Below are positions 48,026-57,997 of a DNA stretch of 64,000 nt, in pieces. The notes beneath the pieces were generated by a model that searched no databases, was not told the DNA's origin, and saw nothing but the letters and a program-made list of their open reading frames with translations. Source of the stretch: a virus; the IMG/VR virus record IMGVR_UViG_3300025508_002497, positions 33,164 through 97,163 of that record; one strand, 5' to 3'. How positions within the stretch are numbered: the first letter of the stretch is position 1; each line of letters begins with the position of its first letter. Position numbers and translations under genes: made by a program.

Positions 48026-48411
48026 TATCTTACTCTTTCTATGGTTATGTCTAGTACATCATCTTCATCTAAAAAACTATATTCTACTTGTACCTTTAGT
48101 TCTTGATTTATATCATTATATTCAGCCAAAACATTTATCAAGTTAACTCGGGGTTCAAATGTCACGATTGCTCTTCTTACATCAGATTGAACTTCGGAAA
48201 CAATACCAGGCGATGGTTGATCGAAAAGTTTAGCAACAAGATTGGCACCAAGCGATGGACGAAAAGGTCTTTCATAGAAGTTAGTAAGGACCACATTCCT
48301 TAACGACTGCTTGATTGCATTGTTATCGAACTTTCGAGCAACATCCTTAGTCGTGGATTGAGCGAAGTTAAAATCGAGATCGGAATATCTAAACTTATCT
48401 GTTTTAGCCAT
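48025..48411 (-). CDS. gp25: Baseplate wedge subunit
   Basis: YSDLDFNF, AIKQSLRNVVLTNFYERPFRP, FEPRV. Confidence 0.95.
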   Translation of the reverse strand: MAKTDKFRYSDLDFNFAQSTTKDVARKFDNNAIKQSLRNVVLTNFYERPFRPSLGANLVAKLFDQPSPGIVSEVQSDVRRAIVTFEPRVNLINVLAEYNDINQELKVQVEYSFLDEDDVLDITIERVR

Positions 48412-48415
48412 ATCT

Positions 48416-48422
48416 TATGTAT
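48416..48422 (-). promoter_or_regulatory. Late promoter variant ATACATA upstream of gp25
   Basis: Motif 4 nt before the gp25 ATG. Confidence 0.5.
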
Positions 48423-48426
48423 GCCT

Positions 48427-51400
48427 TTATTCTGATGGATCGTAGGGTAAACTATCTCTATTTAATCTTACTCTCATCATACTAGAGTTATCTCTATCGA
48501 ACACTCTGCGAATACCTGTAACTAAATATTTACCTGCAAGTGGATCTGATTTATCAACTTTTCCTAGTAGATTATCATCAATCGTATCTGGAGATCTACC
48601 AGTATCAACACGAACAAGTTTTCCGATTGACATATCCATGTCGTTTGGAACTACTATTTCAATTTCTTGAGATTGAATCAGAGCAACTTGAGCCCTTCTA
48701 TATAACGGTTGTTCTTTAGGTGTTGACCAATATCTATTCCAAGCGTATGAACAATACTTAGCATACTCAACAGACCTACTTGTGTCAGTTACAGCATTGT
48801 CTAGTCCAACACAAGTACCATTGCAGTCTAGGAAATTTTGCCAATCTTTGGCGTTCCATATTGGATTACTACCGTCTGTCAACCCTAGTTTATCGTTAGG
48901 ATAGTAGTTACCTTGAGTATAACTGTTGTAAAGTTGTTCACTAGTGGCCGCGACGGGTTGATTAAACTCACCTCGATTATACCAATAACCCCAATAATAT
49001 GAGTTGAAGTAATCATCATCACCAAACTGAGCAACCAAACCAGCAGAGAACTGACGAAGAAACTCTGTTACACCATCTTCACTTAGTGTGGGTGGGAGTG
49101 TACTTATGGCAGAGTATGCATATGGATTACCTCTACCATATAAGGCAGGCCAGGTAACAGAGACAGTATCTACTTGTATATCCACTAAATCAAAACCAAT
49201 AAACGCCCCTGCTCCGATCTCAGGTTTTTCTAGTTTGACTTTACTCACATATGGAATATCAAGAGTTTCTTCCGCAACATCCACATGTCCACATAATCTA
49301 GGAATAGCACAAGTCTTAAGCATCGAATACTCGGGATTATTTTGATATGAAACATCTATACTTCTCTCGAAGGTTCTAGTTGATCCAGGCCCAACTTCTA
49401 CTTGGATTGTCTCACCTTTTGCGTTTACAAAACTACTAGGAATATTAACCACTTCGGTAACTTCAAGACTTGAATTTGGTGCAAAAATATAATGGGAAGG
49501 AACAAGTTCGGTATTACTGTATAGGTCACTTATTCCACCATCATAATAATCATAGTTATAGAACCAAAAAGTGTTATAGGCATACGAACTATAATTGAGT
49601 GGAATAACTTCACTATTACTGGGACGAACTTCAGTTGTCCTGAAATCTTTGATAAACATATTAGTCTCAAAGAACTGTTTACCATATCCACCAAATCGTC
49701 TACTATATCCCCAATAGTCACCAAAGAATCTAGTTAAGGTTCTTGTGTTTGGAATACCAAAACGTGGATTCAGCCAATAACTATTCCAAAACATATTATT
49801 ATAGAAGTTGATTGGATCTCCAAACTTACCTCTAATCGCAGGAGAACAATATTCTTTTCCAAGGTACTGAGTAATCAAGCCACATTCAGATGGTATGTTG
49901 TTCCATTTTTGTTTTAGTGTTTCACAATCTACTGGATCGCCATTGTAAGGAAGCAAGGGTTCTTGATTTTCACAACGTGGATATGATTGACCAATATATT
50001 CTGGAGAGAGTCTCGGTACGTTATCAACTTCTATTTCTGGTGGAAAAATATCGGCCTGATCATCATAACCACTACTGAATAAAGTATATCGAAAATCTGT
50101 ACCAAATTTTGTACAAGGAATGTATGTGCCGAACTTAGCATAAAACTCTGGATTCAATCCCTCTAAAACTGGAACTAGACTATCTGGTCTTGCTTCACCC
50201 AGTATAATACGATCTACCAGAACTTGTGGATTGTCAGTTTCAGAATTTTCACTTACCCAGTTTTCAATCGCATTCCTTTCTGCACTACTAGTTTGCGATC
50301 CATATAGGTCGAGCATTTCATCCCTACTACTACAATATTCACAGAACCCTTGTCCTATGCCTCTACCTAATGTACCCTCTCCCGTTTCTAGTGAGTTTAA
50401 TCCACTGTCGATTACAAAATTATGTTCGTAATACAAACGCTGTATTGCAGCATCATAATATTCCTTGAGAGAATCTATGATAGGCATCTTGATATTATCA
50501 TGAACAACTCTGAACTTATCGCCAGGTAGATCCATCTGTCTTGCAAACTTTGTCCTAAAGAAATCATCTGGATTTGTTTGATAAAAAGAGTTCACGGTTC
50601 TGTAACTTGAGTTATACCAACCATACCAAGTATTATCTAAATCATAGGAACTTGAGTTATACCAACTAGAGTTTCCTATACCTTGCTGCATATACACGGG
50701 AGGAACTTCAAGAAAACTAGGTTGAGTGTATTTTGAAAACTGTTTTTCACTTGAACGAATTAAGGGATAAGTTTCGACACTGTTCCATTTGTCTTTATCT
50801 TTCAAGTAATCATATTCTATAGAACCTTCAATGATTGCCTGAGTTTCAATAGCAGTGTTTCCTAGTGAACTGTCTAGTCCATTTGGTCCAATGACTTTTT
50901 GAAGTCCTCCTAGATTGGCAGGAAGTGTTGCGTAGTAAGACGCAAACTCATTATCTGGATTCAACTCGTAGTAAACAACCTTAGACGACAGAGCCTGTTT
51001 ATTTAACAAGTCCATAAAATCAACTTGTTGTATACTATTGAGTTCGATAATTCTTGTTTCTTCACCAGTTCCATTTGGGTTTGAAATATCATAAGTATAA
51101 ACTTTATCAACTTCTTCATTTCTATCTCTGAGATAACTATCGATTGATCTAAAATGCCATCCGCGAAGATCATGCCACACAAAGAAGTTTGCTGCATTTG
51201 GGTTTTCCTTAGAGACAGCATTTTCTGCTAGTTCACCTAGTAGTTCAAAAACCTTCTTCGGTCTAGCATCTTGATTTTCATCGTTGTTGTTTATTCCCGC
51301 TACATCTCTGTTTAAATAATATCCTCTTCTTGTAGATTCAGGAGTATTTCTATCATCAAGATAAGATGGGATATAGTTGATCCAGTTGCCAGTAGATTCT

Positions 51401-51942
51401 ATATCAATGGGATTTGTATTTTCTCGACTAATATCAAGTTCAAATCCTGCAACATCAAAAATCTTATTCACCAATCCATAGTCTTGGTTTGTTAAAGATC
51501 CCGATTCTGATTCTGTAGAAATTGGTCCAATATGTTTGTTACTTAAGTGACCTTCAAACTTTAAAGAATCCACAAGAAACTGATATGTAGTAAAGTAAAA
51601 AATATAGGATGTAAATCTGTTTACCCTATCCGTTGATTGATTTACCTTATATACTTTAAATCGTTGAGTACTACCCTTAAATTCTTGTTCACCGTTTTTA
51701 TTGGTTTTTGGACTAAATGAAAGTGTAATCCATTCTGTTCCCTGAACACCCTTTAACGTACCATCCCAACCAGAGGTATTGTTAAGTATAATTCTACCAG
51801 ACATAGAAGTGCTGAATATATCTTCAGTAAAATCTAGACCTTCAAAGTCTAAATTCAAATCAACAACAACAGATGTTTCAAAATCATCTGTTGTTATTTC
51901 TACTTGAGATACACCACCTATAAATGCAGATTGATCTAACAT
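48427..51942 (-). CDS. Baseplate hub protein (gp27/GpD-like) with a large central insertion
   Basis: N-terminal FTEDIFSTSMSGRI, NFFVWHDLRGWHFRSIDS; C-terminal IEIVVP.D....GK.V...LAGKYLVTGIRR.F......L.RDS; located between gp53 and gp25. Confidence 0.65.
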   Translation of the reverse strand: MLDQSAFIGGVSQVEITTDDFETSVVVDLNLDFEGLDFTEDIFSTSMSGRIILNNTSGWDGTLKGVQGTEWITLSFSPKTNKNGEQEFKGSTQRFKVYKVNQSTDRVNRFTSYIFYFTTYQFLVDSLKFEGHLSNKHIGPISTESESGSLTNQDYGLVNKIFDVAGFELDISRENTNPIDIESTGNWINYIPSYLDDRNTPESTRRGYYLNRDVAGINNNDENQDARPKKVFELLGELAENAVSKENPNAANFFVWHDLRGWHFRSIDSYLRDRNEEVDKVYTYDISNPNGTGEETRIIELNSIQQVDFMDLLNKQALSSKVVYYELNPDNEFASYYATLPANLGGLQKVIGPNGLDSSLGNTAIETQAIIEGSIEYDYLKDKDKWNSVETYPLIRSSEKQFSKYTQPSFLEVPPVYMQQGIGNSSWYNSSSYDLDNTWYGWYNSSYRTVNSFYQTNPDDFFRTKFARQMDLPGDKFRVVHDNIKMPIIDSLKEYYDAAIQRLYYEHNFVIDSGLNSLETGEGTLGRGIGQGFCEYCSSRDEMLDLYGSQTSSAERNAIENWVSENSETDNPQVLVDRIILGEARPDSLVPVLEGLNPEFYAKFGTYIPCTKFGTDFRYTLFSSGYDDQADIFPPEIEVDNVPRLSPEYIGQSYPRCENQEPLLPYNGDPVDCETLKQKWNNIPSECGLITQYLGKEYCSPAIRGKFGDPINFYNNMFWNSYWLNPRFGIPNTRTLTRFFGDYWGYSRRFGGYGKQFFETNMFIKDFRTTEVRPSNSEVIPLNYSSYAYNTFWFYNYDYYDGGISDLYSNTELVPSHYIFAPNSSLEVTEVVNIPSSFVNAKGETIQVEVGPGSTRTFERSIDVSYQNNPEYSMLKTCAIPRLCGHVDVAEETLDIPYVSKVKLEKPEIGAGAFIGFDLVDIQVDTVSVTWPALYGRGNPYAYSAISTLPPTLSEDGVTEFLRQFSAGLVAQFGDDDYFNSYYWGYWYNRGEFNQPVAATSEQLYNSYTQGNYYPNDKLGLTDGSNPIWNAKDWQNFLDCNGTCVGLDNAVTDTSRSVEYAKYCSYAWNRYWSTPKEQPLYRRAQVALIQSQEIEIVVPNDMDMSIGKLVRVDTGRSPDTIDDNLLGKVDKSDPLAGKYLVTGIRRVFDRDNSSMMRVRLNRDSLPYDPSE

Positions 51943-51954
51943 GAAAACTCCAGA

Positions 51955-52893
51955 TTACAATAACGATAAATTACTTTGATTTGCTGAACGGATTACTGAT
52001 GTTCTTCCACCAGATGGCTTTTGACTAATTAGGGAAGTCATTAAAGTAAGTGCTTCATTTTTAAGATTATCAGGAAAGACTTTTATTGTTCTTAATGAAT
52101 CAGACCTATCCTCAAACTGATAGGTAACAGAGCGTGAGAATTCTTGAAATACCTCAGTTCCCTCAATCCACTCATATATTAAAGTAGTTCTTAAAGCACT
52201 CGAAGGCGCACCTTCTGCGGTAGGATCAAGAAGAACACTAAAATCACTTCTCCAAGCGAAAGGAGGCACTTCACCACCCGAACGATCCTCAAACTTTTCT
52301 ACCGTTGTGATTGGATTTTCTAGACGAGTGACTGTGTTTACATGTTCAATACTACCATTGTTGTTTACACCAAACTTATCTCCTACCTTTAGTCTAACTC
52401 CACTAGAGGCAGGAATGTTTAAATCAATACCAAAAAAGTTGGGTCGTATTCTAGTGATAACCGAGGAGAAAGGATTATCTTCATCATAGTCACCTGAATC
52501 GGTTACACGAACTATTTGATCACCAACATCATATGGATTTAGTGTTTCAAACGAACCTGTTCCGCCAGGAAGATAATGAACTGTATCTTCTGTTACGGCA
52601 GGTATAGTCTGATCAAAACCACTTCTGGGCCAATCTCTAAACGGATCAGTTAGATCATTAAACAACATAATCAACCAATACCAGTCGGGAGATCCATATA
52701 ACTTAGTAGAAACAACCTCTGGTGTTTCTCCTGTCTTAACCGTATATGACTTGTAGTTCCTGACGGAACCAAAGTTGTCTAAAAATCTAACGCGCCTCAT
52801 CATGTCAACTACTTCTCTGACATCAGCACTGGGTCCATTTATGCCATTTGGATAAAATGTATATGTGGTTGTTGGAAAACTTGAATTAAACAT
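51955..52893 (-). CDS. gp53: Baseplate wedge subunit (LysM-like)
   Basis: F..FPT..Y, YTVKTGETPEVVSTKLYGSPDWYWLIMLFNDLTDP..DWP. Confidence 0.9.
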   Translation of the reverse strand: MFNSSFPTTTYTFYPNGINGPSADVREVVDMMRRVRFLDNFGSVRNYKSYTVKTGETPEVVSTKLYGSPDWYWLIMLFNDLTDPFRDWPRSGFDQTIPAVTEDTVHYLPGGTGSFETLNPYDVGDQIVRVTDSGDYDEDNPFSSVITRIRPNFFGIDLNIPASSGVRLKVGDKFGVNNNGSIEHVNTVTRLENPITTVEKFEDRSGGEVPPFAWRSDFSVLLDPTAEGAPSSALRTTLIYEWIEGTEVFQEFSRSVTYQFEDRSDSLRTIKVFPDNLKNEALTLMTSLISQKPSGGRTSVIRSANQSNLSLL

Positions 52894-52903
52894 TTATGCT
52901 ACC

Positions 52904-53611
52904 TCAGAGAACACCATTTATATCTTCTGATGTATGGATTCTAATATCTTGGAATGTGAGAGTCAGTTCTATTGCTTGGTAGTAGTTATCAGGAGTCAAG
53001 GAAACTCTTCCACTTCCTGCATAGTTCGTCGATATACTAGTTAAGAACGCAGCGTCAATTTTAGGAAAAGCATTATCAACTCCGAAGCCTTGATATACTT
53101 CAAACTCATGCGGAAACGCAAAGAAGGACTTTCCCGTCCCCAAACCATAGAACGTTGGATAAGCCTTTTCTCGAAGACTTTTTATGATCTCTGCTATGAC
53201 TGTTGCTTCTTGTTCACTTCTTGCAAACATGTTAAATGTAAATGAATGTGTTCTCAACTCAGGTGTTTTGAATAGAAGTTCTTCTTTGGGGTTGATAGAA
53301 CCACCGAGGGCTCTTGACGTATTATTGGTTGCAGTACTGGATAACCCTTCAAGCATCCTCCCTCCAAGAGCCAATAAGTTACCAAATGTTTCACTCAGTT
53401 CTGCTACTGCCGCAGCACCCAAAACACTAGTTTGTTCATATGTAAAGTTGTCATCAGATTGTATATTTTGTGGGATGATTATTTTATAACTCTCTATTTC
53501 AGGATTTCGCTTGCCTTCCGATACCTGAAAAGCACTAGCATATTCCCTGGCATTGATAACCAGAAAAGGTTCACCTGAAAGTTCTATATTAGATGGATAA
53601 CTGTAAGACAT
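52904..53611 (-). CDS. gp48: Baseplate tail tube cap
   Basis: NPKEELLFKTPELRTHSFTFNMFARSEQEA, FPHEFEV, LTSISTNY, LTLTFQD. Confidence 0.85.
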   Translation of the reverse strand: MSYSYPSNIELSGEPFLVINAREYASAFQVSEGKRNPEIESYKIIIPQNIQSDDNFTYEQTSVLGAAAVAELSETFGNLLALGGRMLEGLSSTATNNTSRALGGSINPKEELLFKTPELRTHSFTFNMFARSEQEATVIAEIIKSLREKAYPTFYGLGTGKSFFAFPHEFEVYQGFGVDNAFPKIDAAFLTSISTNYAGSGRVSLTPDNYYQAIELTLTFQDIRIHTSEDINGVL

Positions 53612-53634
53612 TTACTTTCCCTATAGATACTAGT

Positions 53635-54072
53635 ATGGCATATAAAACAAAATACTCACCACAAAATCCTCAAAAGTATATAGGTAACCCAAACAATATA
53701 ATCTGCCGTTCTTTGTGGGAACGTAGAGTTTGTAGGTTCCTAGATGAAAACACAAAAATCATTCGTTGGGGTTCTGAAGAACTATACGTTCCATACTACT
53801 CTCCTGTCGATAGGAAGAATCATAAATACTATCCAGACTTTATCGTTGAAAAGGCAGATGAAAACGGAGAAGTGAAAACCCTCGTAGTAGAAGTGAAACC
53901 AGAGAAGCAAACCAAACCACCAAAGCAACCTAAAAAGAAGACTAGGAACTACCTCCGCGAGTGTATGACCTACGAAACAAATATGGCTAAATGGAAAGCA
54001 GCAAAAGAATACTGCGAGAAGAAGGATTGGGAGTTTATTGTAATCACAGAACTGGATATTTTCTCCAAGTAG
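53635..54072 (+). CDS. gp4: Head completion nuclease
   Basis: MAYKTKYSPQNPQKYIGNP.NIICRSLWER, WGSEE, YYPDF, EVKP, KWKAA..YC; preceded by TATAGATA at 53622-53629. Confidence 0.93.
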   Translation: MAYKTKYSPQNPQKYIGNPNNIICRSLWERRVCRFLDENTKIIRWGSEELYVPYYSPVDRKNHKYYPDFIVEKADENGEVKTLVVEVKPEKQTKPPKQPKKKTRNYLRECMTYETNMAKWKAAKEYCEKKDWEFIVITELDIFSK

Positions 54073-54097
54073 GGCATATATACTACGGAGAAAACTG

Positions 54098-54634
54098 ATG
54101 TCACAAGCAGGTTTTAACAAAGTTAAGTCTACTACGAAAACTCCTAGAGAGATTTTCGACAAATATACTTTTGATATTAGTCTTATTGGTCCATCAGCCG
54201 TAGGAATATTGTCCAGTGGCGCTGGTGATTTTCATGCGTTGAGTTGCACTACTCCAACCAAAAGAATAGCAACAGACGAAAAAACTCTATGGGGCCCTGT
54301 TTACAACGTTCCATATGCTAAAGTGTTTAGTGGTGATTTTGAACTATCTTACATGTACCAACAAAACGTCCACGAATACATTCAAAGATGGAGTAATCAG
54401 ATAATATTCGGTGAAGATAGAGCAGGATATTATAATGATTTTGTTGGTAGTATTGAAATAAACTATAGTAGTCGAGACGAGACAAGTGTAACGACCTATA
54501 AATTAAAAGATGTTTTCCCTGTATCGATAAATGGGCTTGAACTTGATATGGCATCAACCAACTCATATCAAACAGGAAATGTGTCATTCTCGTTCCGTGA
54601 CTTTGATTTGTTTATAAATGGTGAAATAATATGA
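54098..54634 (+). CDS. Baseplate tail tube initiator (gp54/gp19-like)
   Basis: PYAKVF, W...I.....GYYNDFVGSIEI, YKLKDVFPVSI..LEL, VSFSFR. Confidence 0.75.
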   Translation: MSQAGFNKVKSTTKTPREIFDKYTFDISLIGPSAVGILSSGAGDFHALSCTTPTKRIATDEKTLWGPVYNVPYAKVFSGDFELSYMYQQNVHEYIQRWSNQIIFGEDRAGYYNDFVGSIEINYSSRDETSVTTYKLKDVFPVSINGLELDMASTNSYQTGNVSFSFRDFDLFINGEII

Positions 54635-54647
54635 AAGGATTTGGTAA

Positions 54648-55358
54648 ATGAAGTTAGTTGAAATGTTAAGGTCAGAACTGCCTGATTATAGTATAAAAGT
54701 TCCGTCAGTCGAGGATAATTTATCTTTTAGACCTTTTCTGGTTAAAGAAGAAAAGAATCTACTCTTAGTATCAGAAGAAGGAAATGAACTGGATATCATA
54801 AGGGCGATCAAAAATATTCTGATTGCTTGTTTTGATAATTTGAATCTAGACAATATATCTTTAGGTGAAGCAGAATATCTTTTTGTTAAACTACGAGAAC
54901 GTTCTGTTGGTGAGAATCTAGAACTAATCTATAGTGATGGCTCAAGTAAAAAGCCTGTAAATCTAGATCTTCGCACAATAAAAGCACCAAAGAGAACGGG
55001 ACCAAAGAAAAATACTTTTAGTGTAACAGAAAATATCACTATAAAGTTAAGAGAACTCACTCTAAATGATGTCATCAAAAATGAAATAAAAATTTGGAAT
55101 AAAGACCAAGATACTTACATCAAGATGGTAGCGTCGATGATAGACACAGTGACTATCAAAGAAGAGTCTCTTAGCGGCACAGATCTCTCACATAAAGAGA
55201 TGGTAGAGTTTGTAGAGAGCATGACAGAAACTCAGTTTGCGGCATTACTTAAATACGCCGAAAAATCACCTCAACTACATCACGCATTAGAAGTAGATGG
55301 CAATAAAATAGAAATCAGTGGGTTAAATGATTTTTTCGGTTTAGTGTCTCCCACATGA
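54648..55358 (+). CDS. gp26: Baseplate hub subunit / tail assembly chaperone
   Basis: LP.Y....PS, FRPFLVKEEKNLL, EYLFVKLRERSVGE, C-terminal GLNDFF. Confidence 0.9.
   Translation: MKLVEMLRSELPDYSIKVPSVEDNLSFRPFLVKEEKNLLLVSEEGNELDIIRAIKNILIACFDNLNLDNISLGEAEYLFVKLRERSVGENLELIYSDGSSKKPVNLDLRTIKAPKRTGPKKNTFSVTENITIKLRELTLNDVIKNEIKIWNKDQDTYIKMVASMIDTVTIKEESLSGTDLSHKEMVEFVESMTETQFAALLKYAEKSPQLHHALEVDGNKIEISGLNDFFGLVSPT
55331..55337 (+). other. Candidate -1 programmed ribosomal frameshift heptamer T TTT TTC
   Basis: In phase at the gp26 Asp-Phe-Phe codons; the -1 frame opens exactly here (TGA at 55328-30) and runs into gp51. Confidence 0.55.
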
Positions 55359-55522
55359 ATCTAGAGGGGTTCATGAAATTGGTGTTTCAACTAATGCACC
55401 ATTATAAGTATTCATACGACGACATAATGAAATGGATACCGTGGGAAAGAGATGTCTATATTTATCAGTTACAGGCTTGGTTGAAAGAAGAAGAAAAGAT
55501 TAAAGCAAAAAACAAAAGGTAA
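55355..55522 (+). CDS. gp51: Baseplate hub assembly chaperone (gp51-like, 55 aa)
   Basis: Not in the ORF track: MNLEGFMKLVFQLMHHYKYSYDDIMKWIPWERDVYIYQLQAWLKEE..., matching the LMHH.KYS...I...PWER..Y motif. Confidence 0.85.
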   Translation: MNLEGFMKLVFQLMHHYKYSYDDIMKWIPWERDVYIYQLQAWLKEEEKIKAKNKR

Positions 55523-55524
55523 AC

Positions 55525-57996
55525 ATGGCACAGACACCACAACAAAAACCTAAAACTGCTGAAGAAATCAAGCGAGAAAAAGAAATTCTGCGTACACAGA
55601 AGTTGATGCAGAAGTTCATTAAGGAACGTCAAAGAGACCAGAGAACTGGTTCTAGTATTGCTAATAAAAACCTGAATAAACAGAGTCTTAAAGATCTAAA
55701 GAAAACTGGGGTTCAATCTAGAAGTGCTGCTACAGAATTTGGTGCAGAAAAACCAGAAGGTTTAACTTCGGTTGTCGTTGGTACTGCCAAAGAAAAAGGT
55801 GCTGAAATCGCAGGCAATTTACCAGGCGCAGGTGTTGTTAAGTTCTTCAGAAGAAGAAACCTACAAAAGAAAGCATACGAAGAACTACAGAATAAAAGAA
55901 AAAACTTTCTAAAAATAATAAGAGAATCTGAAAAAGAAAACCCTGTAGGATATGCTAAGTTAATACAGTCCGTAAAAAACTCATACAAGGGTGATGATAA
56001 TATATCAGAAGTTCTGATTGATACCCTGATTCAAATGGGTATTACAACAAAAGAAGAACTTTTGTTGTTGCTAGATCAACTCGCCGGCGGGGCTCCAGAT
56101 GAGGCTATACAGAATGCTATTGGTGAACAACTTCAAGCAGCAGGATTTGAGGCTAAGTCAACAGGACTCTCTGGTCTTGGTATAAGTACGCCCTCTTTGG
56201 TTTCATCTAATGATAGTCCAGAAGTCAGTCCTGTAAGTGGCGGTGTAGCATCTAGTTCTTCGCCTGTACCTTCATCTGCATCTGGTCTCTCTTTAAATGT
56301 CATCGAGAAAGAACTAAAGTTACAAACGAAATCACTATCCAACATAGAAGATAGTCTCAAGATTGATAAATCGAAACAAAGAGAAGAAAAACTAGAAGAT
56401 AAGCAAGAGGAAACTCAAACTGAATCTCTAACAACTATAGCACAATCTGTCTCTGTTAAAAGTGGTGATAAAGCAAAAGAACGAGAGAATAAACTAGAAG
56501 GTGAAAGGGCTGCAAGTCTTGCTTCGGCTGGACTTGGTGGAAGTCTAGATCTCCCAGATATTGGTGGAGATGGAGAAGGTGGAGATGGTGATGGTGGAAT
56601 AATAGGAACCATCTTTAGTAATGTTATGGGAGCATTAGGAATCAGCCTCACCGGCGGCCTGGGCATCAGCGGCTTTATCAAGGAAAAAGTCAAGAGTGTT
56701 TTGGGTTTTGGTAAGGGTAAAACACCCACACCTTCAGTCACACCTCCACGCACACCCTCAACTCCTCCTCCAATGCCAGGTGGTGCGCCGGCACCTCCTC
56801 CCCCAGCGCCTACCACAGCACCGAAACCAAGAGGGTTCTTTGGTAGAATGTTTGATCGAGCAAAGGGTGCGATTAAAACAGGAAAAGATTTTGTTGGTCG
56901 TGGATTCTCTGCTGCAAAGAATGTCGTCGGTAGTGGAATTTCTGCCGCAAAGAATCTAGCAACTGGACCTGCGATGAAGGCACTTAAAAAGCAAGCAGGA
57001 CCAATACTAAAGGCTATTGGTAAAAAACTACCAATCATTGGTCCTGCTATCTCAGGATTGATTTCTCTTATTGATATTAATACTATCAAAAATGATCCAT
57101 CTCTATCTGTTAAAGAGAAAAAAGAAGCGATAGGTAAATCTCTAGGTGCAGCATTGGGTATGGCTTTGGGATCATTAGGAGGAGCGGCACTTGGTACTTT
57201 GATTCCCGTCCCCATAGTAGGAACCCTCGCGGGATCCTTCGCTGGTGGATATCTTGGCGACTATATTGGTAGTAGTCTTGCTGGTTGGGTCGGTGGAGAA
57301 AATGTGTATAATGTGCTAGAAAAGATTCCCGTTCTCGGTAGTATCATTGGCCTAGACGAAGAAGAAACTCCATCTATAACTCCAGCAAATGTCAATAGTT
57401 CTGAGTTATCACCAAATACGAATGAACAAAGTATGATGTCTTCGGGTGATGTTTCCAACCTATCCACAACACCACAAACAGGACCAATGGTAGGTACGGG
57501 AAGTGCTACACCTAGAACATCGTCCAGTAGTCAGGATATAGCAGCACAACGCAAAGCCAGTTTCAGAGCCAGAGAGGATCTTAAGTCTAAAATGGGAGTA
57601 AGCACTCTCCCGCCAGGTGTTGTTACAGATGTAAAACCAACAGGTGATGGTTATACCGCTACAGCAACTTTCAATCCAGCAACGGCGGAAGCAGCGAGTA
57701 GAATAAGTGAATCATTAAGTAGTTCTAATGGATCTGCTGGTGGTGAAGAGATAGCAGGAAGACGAGATCTATCGATGAACACCTCCAGTCAGATTGATCG
57801 CTCGACTAGAAATGAAGCAGGTATGTCCTCATCTGGTTCCGATGGTAATACAAACATAGTTGCTCCATCATCTACATCAACTACTAATAATAACAACACA
57901 TTTAGTAGCGTATCAATGTCACAAGAGGAAGCATCATTCATGGCATCTCAAATGGTAAACCGTGGATCTAGATTCTCTGCTGCTAGGTTTGGATAA
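55525..57996 (+). CDS. Probable tail tape-measure / hub protein (gp29-like)
   Basis: Follows gp26/51; helical, Gly/Ala-rich hydrophobic segment (LGGAALGTLIPVPIVGTLAG), Pro-rich linker, C-terminal NIVAPS..TTNNN. Confidence 0.65.
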   Translation: MAQTPQQKPKTAEEIKREKEILRTQKLMQKFIKERQRDQRTGSSIANKNLNKQSLKDLKKTGVQSRSAATEFGAEKPEGLTSVVVGTAKEKGAEIAGNLPGAGVVKFFRRRNLQKKAYEELQNKRKNFLKIIRESEKENPVGYAKLIQSVKNSYKGDDNISEVLIDTLIQMGITTKEELLLLLDQLAGGAPDEAIQNAIGEQLQAAGFEAKSTGLSGLGISTPSLVSSNDSPEVSPVSGGVASSSSPVPSSASGLSLNVIEKELKLQTKSLSNIEDSLKIDKSKQREEKLEDKQEETQTESLTTIAQSVSVKSGDKAKERENKLEGERAASLASAGLGGSLDLPDIGGDGEGGDGDGGIIGTIFSNVMGALGISLTGGLGISGFIKEKVKSVLGFGKGKTPTPSVTPPRTPSTPPPMPGGAPAPPPPAPTTAPKPRGFFGRMFDRAKGAIKTGKDFVGRGFSAAKNVVGSGISAAKNLATGPAMKALKKQAGPILKAIGKKLPIIGPAISGLISLIDINTIKNDPSLSVKEKKEAIGKSLGAALGMALGSLGGAALGTLIPVPIVGTLAGSFAGGYLGDYIGSSLAGWVGGENVYNVLEKIPVLGSIIGLDEEETPSITPANVNSSELSPNTNEQSMMSSGDVSNLSTTPQTGPMVGTGSATPRTSSSSQDIAAQRKASFRAREDLKSKMGVSTLPPGVVTDVKPTGDGYTATATFNPATAEAASRISESLSSSNGSAGGEEIAGRRDLSMNTSSQIDRSTRNEAGMSSSGSDGNTNIVAPSSTSTTNNNNTFSSVSMSQEEASFMASQMVNRGSRFSAARFG

Positions 57997-57997
57997 T

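Noticed and set aside
17521-56090. Recurrent CGCCGGCG palindromes (near 17522, 27049, 41537, 42427, 56082)
   Set aside because: All lie within coding sequence at Ala-Gly codons; enrichment cannot be shown without counting
56415-57215. 266-aa antisense ORF inside the tape-measure-like gene
   Set aside because: Shadow ORF produced by Gly/Ala/Pro-rich codons on the coding strand; no SD or recognisable motif
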